A DNA stretch of 32,000 nucleotides, taken from contig NZ_CP011034.1 in NCBI RefSeq assembly GCF_001465295.1, positions 1,950,001 to 1,982,000 of the forward strand. The letters run 5' to 3'. The position numbers and the translations under genes were made by a program. Under the pieces are notes generated by a model. The model was not told where the DNA came from, ran no database searches, and saw nothing but the letters and a program-made list of their open reading frames with translations. This document shows positions 30,348-32,000 of the stretch, piece after piece (the stretch's first letter is position 1; each line of letters begins with the position of its first letter). Origin of the DNA: Pseudoalteromonas translucida KMM 520 (lineage in GTDB: Bacteria; Pseudomonadota; Gammaproteobacteria; Enterobacterales; Alteromonadaceae).

Positions 30348-32000
30348 TTAATTCACCACCTTTCCGTGGATGGCTTTTACATCGCTCAGTAAATTGCCAA
30401 ATTTGCCGTAGTTAACTTTTACCCCGTCGTCGAGGTCGAGAGTAATACGTTTTTCAGCGAAGTGTTTGAGTTGTTCATCAAAAGAGCGAAGTTCGGCTTG
30501 TTTTCCCCCAAGTGACTTTAAGTCTTTTTCGATAGTACGTGCTTCCGTGCCTGTGGCTTGTAGTTGTTGCTCAGATAACAAATTATATTGAGCTTCGTAT
30601 GCACCAATCAGCGGTATAAGATACTCAGTACGCATACGCGACAAAGTGCTTTCGTTATAGCGATGCATATAGACTAAACACTCAAAGGCTTTTTCTTTTC
30701 CTGAGCTAAATAACCAGTATATTGGCTTTCTTGCATACTTAGTGACATGTTCTTTAAAAAATTGAGTTGATAAGTATCTTCTAAGAGTATTTTCTGCTGA
30801 CTCAGCCTTCTTAGGATTAATTGCATTAAGTATCAAGCTATCAGCAATGAAATTAATATTTTGGTTTAAGCTCTCAGCTCCCCAAACACTTTTTACAAAC
30901 TCAACTACCCTGCCTGTTGCATCATCTTCATATACCCAAGAATCCTCTGCTAACGGCACAATTGCATCATCATCCGGCTGAAAGCTTGAGTACATTCCCT
31001 TGTTTAATACCGATTTAAACTGACTAACGTCTTGGTTTGCAAAAACCACCCCGTCACCGGTATAACTAAATCGACCCATTATGCAGCCTACAATATAACT
31101 TATTAAACTAACCACGGTATCCGATCTAAAAGTATTAAGCACCTTCGCTTTATAAGCATCAGGTTCGCTTTCGTCTAAATTCGTACCAACAGTAAAGTAT
31201 GGGTTTTTATAGAAAGACAAATCAGATGCAGATATTACTACTCGCTCATTTGCGTCAATTTGATAGCTTTCATCTACATGCTCATTTAAGCTTTGCTCCA
31301 GCGAGCTAATATAATTAACAAATTGATGTGTATCAGATTCAATCGTTAAAAAGTCATCTGCTATCAATGTCGAACTTGCCTTAAGATGTTCAAGCATAAT
31401 AGGATGGCTGCCAAACGCTATTGATGTTTCTACGCTATGCCAGTCTTCTTTTGAACACTCAACAAGTTGCTCCACAGTATCTGCAATAGCTGCTTTTTCA
31501 TCATCAACAATAGGTAACACGGCTAAATCATTTGGTCTTATTGAGCCTAAAACCCCTTCTGGATACACCGTTTTGACTAAACGGTTAAACATTGAAGAGT
31601 TTAACAAACCCAACTGAAACAACCTTGTTTGCTCATCAGTAATATTTTCACTTGGGGCAAAGCAAGGGCCTGACGCATCATAAATAGCGTCAGATGGTAC
31701 TTCTCGAGCATTAAACGTCGGCGCCAAAGCGGTCCAAGAGTTAACTTTGCTTTCTAATTGTTGATTAAGTTGACCAATTTCAGATTCCTTCGTATTTACA
31801 TAGCCATTAATGTTTCCATACCAACGCCTATACTCTCCACCTGAAATTATGGGCTTCCAACTGCCTTGTTCGCTATCTAAATCATGATTATTTAGCTCCC
31901 ACCACTGCCTAACATATTTATCACGGTCAATGTTTTTACCTGCTGGCAGTGTTGCCACACTAGACTTAAAAGGCTGCCCCAACGAAAATGCATTCTGTAA
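30348..32000 (-). CDS. pglX: BREX-1 adenine-specific DNA methyltransferase PglX, C-terminal ~550 aa (partial; the gene continues beyond the window end)
   Basis: The frame is open to the window edge. The track's M at 31982 is a TTG inside a longer frame (...LQNAFSLGQPFK...). The C-terminal tail ...LDLDDGVKVNYGKFG..L is typical of PglX as I recall it. Its position upstream of pglZ-brxL supports the call. The catalytic NPPY region would lie outside the window. Confidence 0.85.
   Translation of the reverse strand, partial: LQNAFSLGQPFKSSVATLPAGKNIDRDKYVRQWWELNNHDLDSEQGSWKPIISGGEYRRWYGNINGYVNTKESEIGQLNQQLESKVNSWTALAPTFNAREVPSDAIYDASGPCFAPSENITDEQTRLFQLGLLNSSMFNRLVKTVYPEGVLGSIRPNDLAVLPIVDDEKAAIADTVEQLVECSKEDWHSVETSIAFGSHPIMLEHLKASSTLIADDFLTIESDTHQFVNYISSLEQSLNEHVDESYQIDANERVVISASDLSFYKNPYFTVGTNLDESEPDAYKAKVLNTFRSDTVVSLISYIVGCIMGRFSYTGDGVVFANQDVSQFKSVLNKGMYSSFQPDDDAIVPLAEDSWVYEDDATGRVVEFVKSVWGAESLNQNINFIADSLILNAINPKKAESAENTLRRYLSTQFFKEHVTKYARKPIYWLFSSGKEKAFECLVYMHRYNESTLSRMRTEYLIPLIGAYEAQYNLLSEQQLQATGTEARTIEKDLKSLGGKQAELRSFDEQLKHFAEKRITLDLDDGVKVNYGKFGNLLSDVKAIHGKVVN

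Larger units (their letters stand above)
22858..32000. other. Accessory (defence) island flanking tandem tRNA-Val genes; extends beyond the window
   Basis: There is an abrupt switch from conserved housekeeping synteny to a BREX operon immediately after the tRNA genes. No integrase is visible at this end. Confidence 0.6.

Overview
This window is a 32-kb chromosomal segment from an AT-rich marine gammaproteobacterium. It looks Alteromonadales/Pseudoalteromonas-like by gene content, which is an inference. Positions 1-22.6 kb hold ordinary, tightly packed housekeeping genes. They are largely syntenic with the E. coli ftsK-lrp-trxB ... aat-infA-clpA-clpS-cspD neighbourhood, with ald, pssA and bpt added. 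These are followed by a monomeric icd, two secreted amidohydrolase paralogues, a few small orphan genes, yniA, ribE-norM and a lipoprotein gene. Two tandem tRNA-Val(GAC) genes (22678-22857) mark the edge of an accessory region. A ~630-bp non-coding junction of odd composition follows. The rest of the window (23485-32000, all minus strand) is the distal half of a type 1 BREX operon: pglX (3' part, running off the window), pglZ and brxL. The main finding is that pglX and pglZ are separated by two extra, translationally coupled genes. One encodes a 198-aa helical-looking protein with a canonical HEPN-type R-N-x3-H motif. The other encodes a 444-aa RadD/YejH-like DEAH SF2 helicase ending in two CxxC-x10-CxxC zinc ribbons. 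I cannot match this pair to any named defence system, so it is the best candidate here for an undescribed BREX-embedded or BREX-accessory anti-phage module. All product calls rest on motif and sequence recognition from memory, because no database search was possible.
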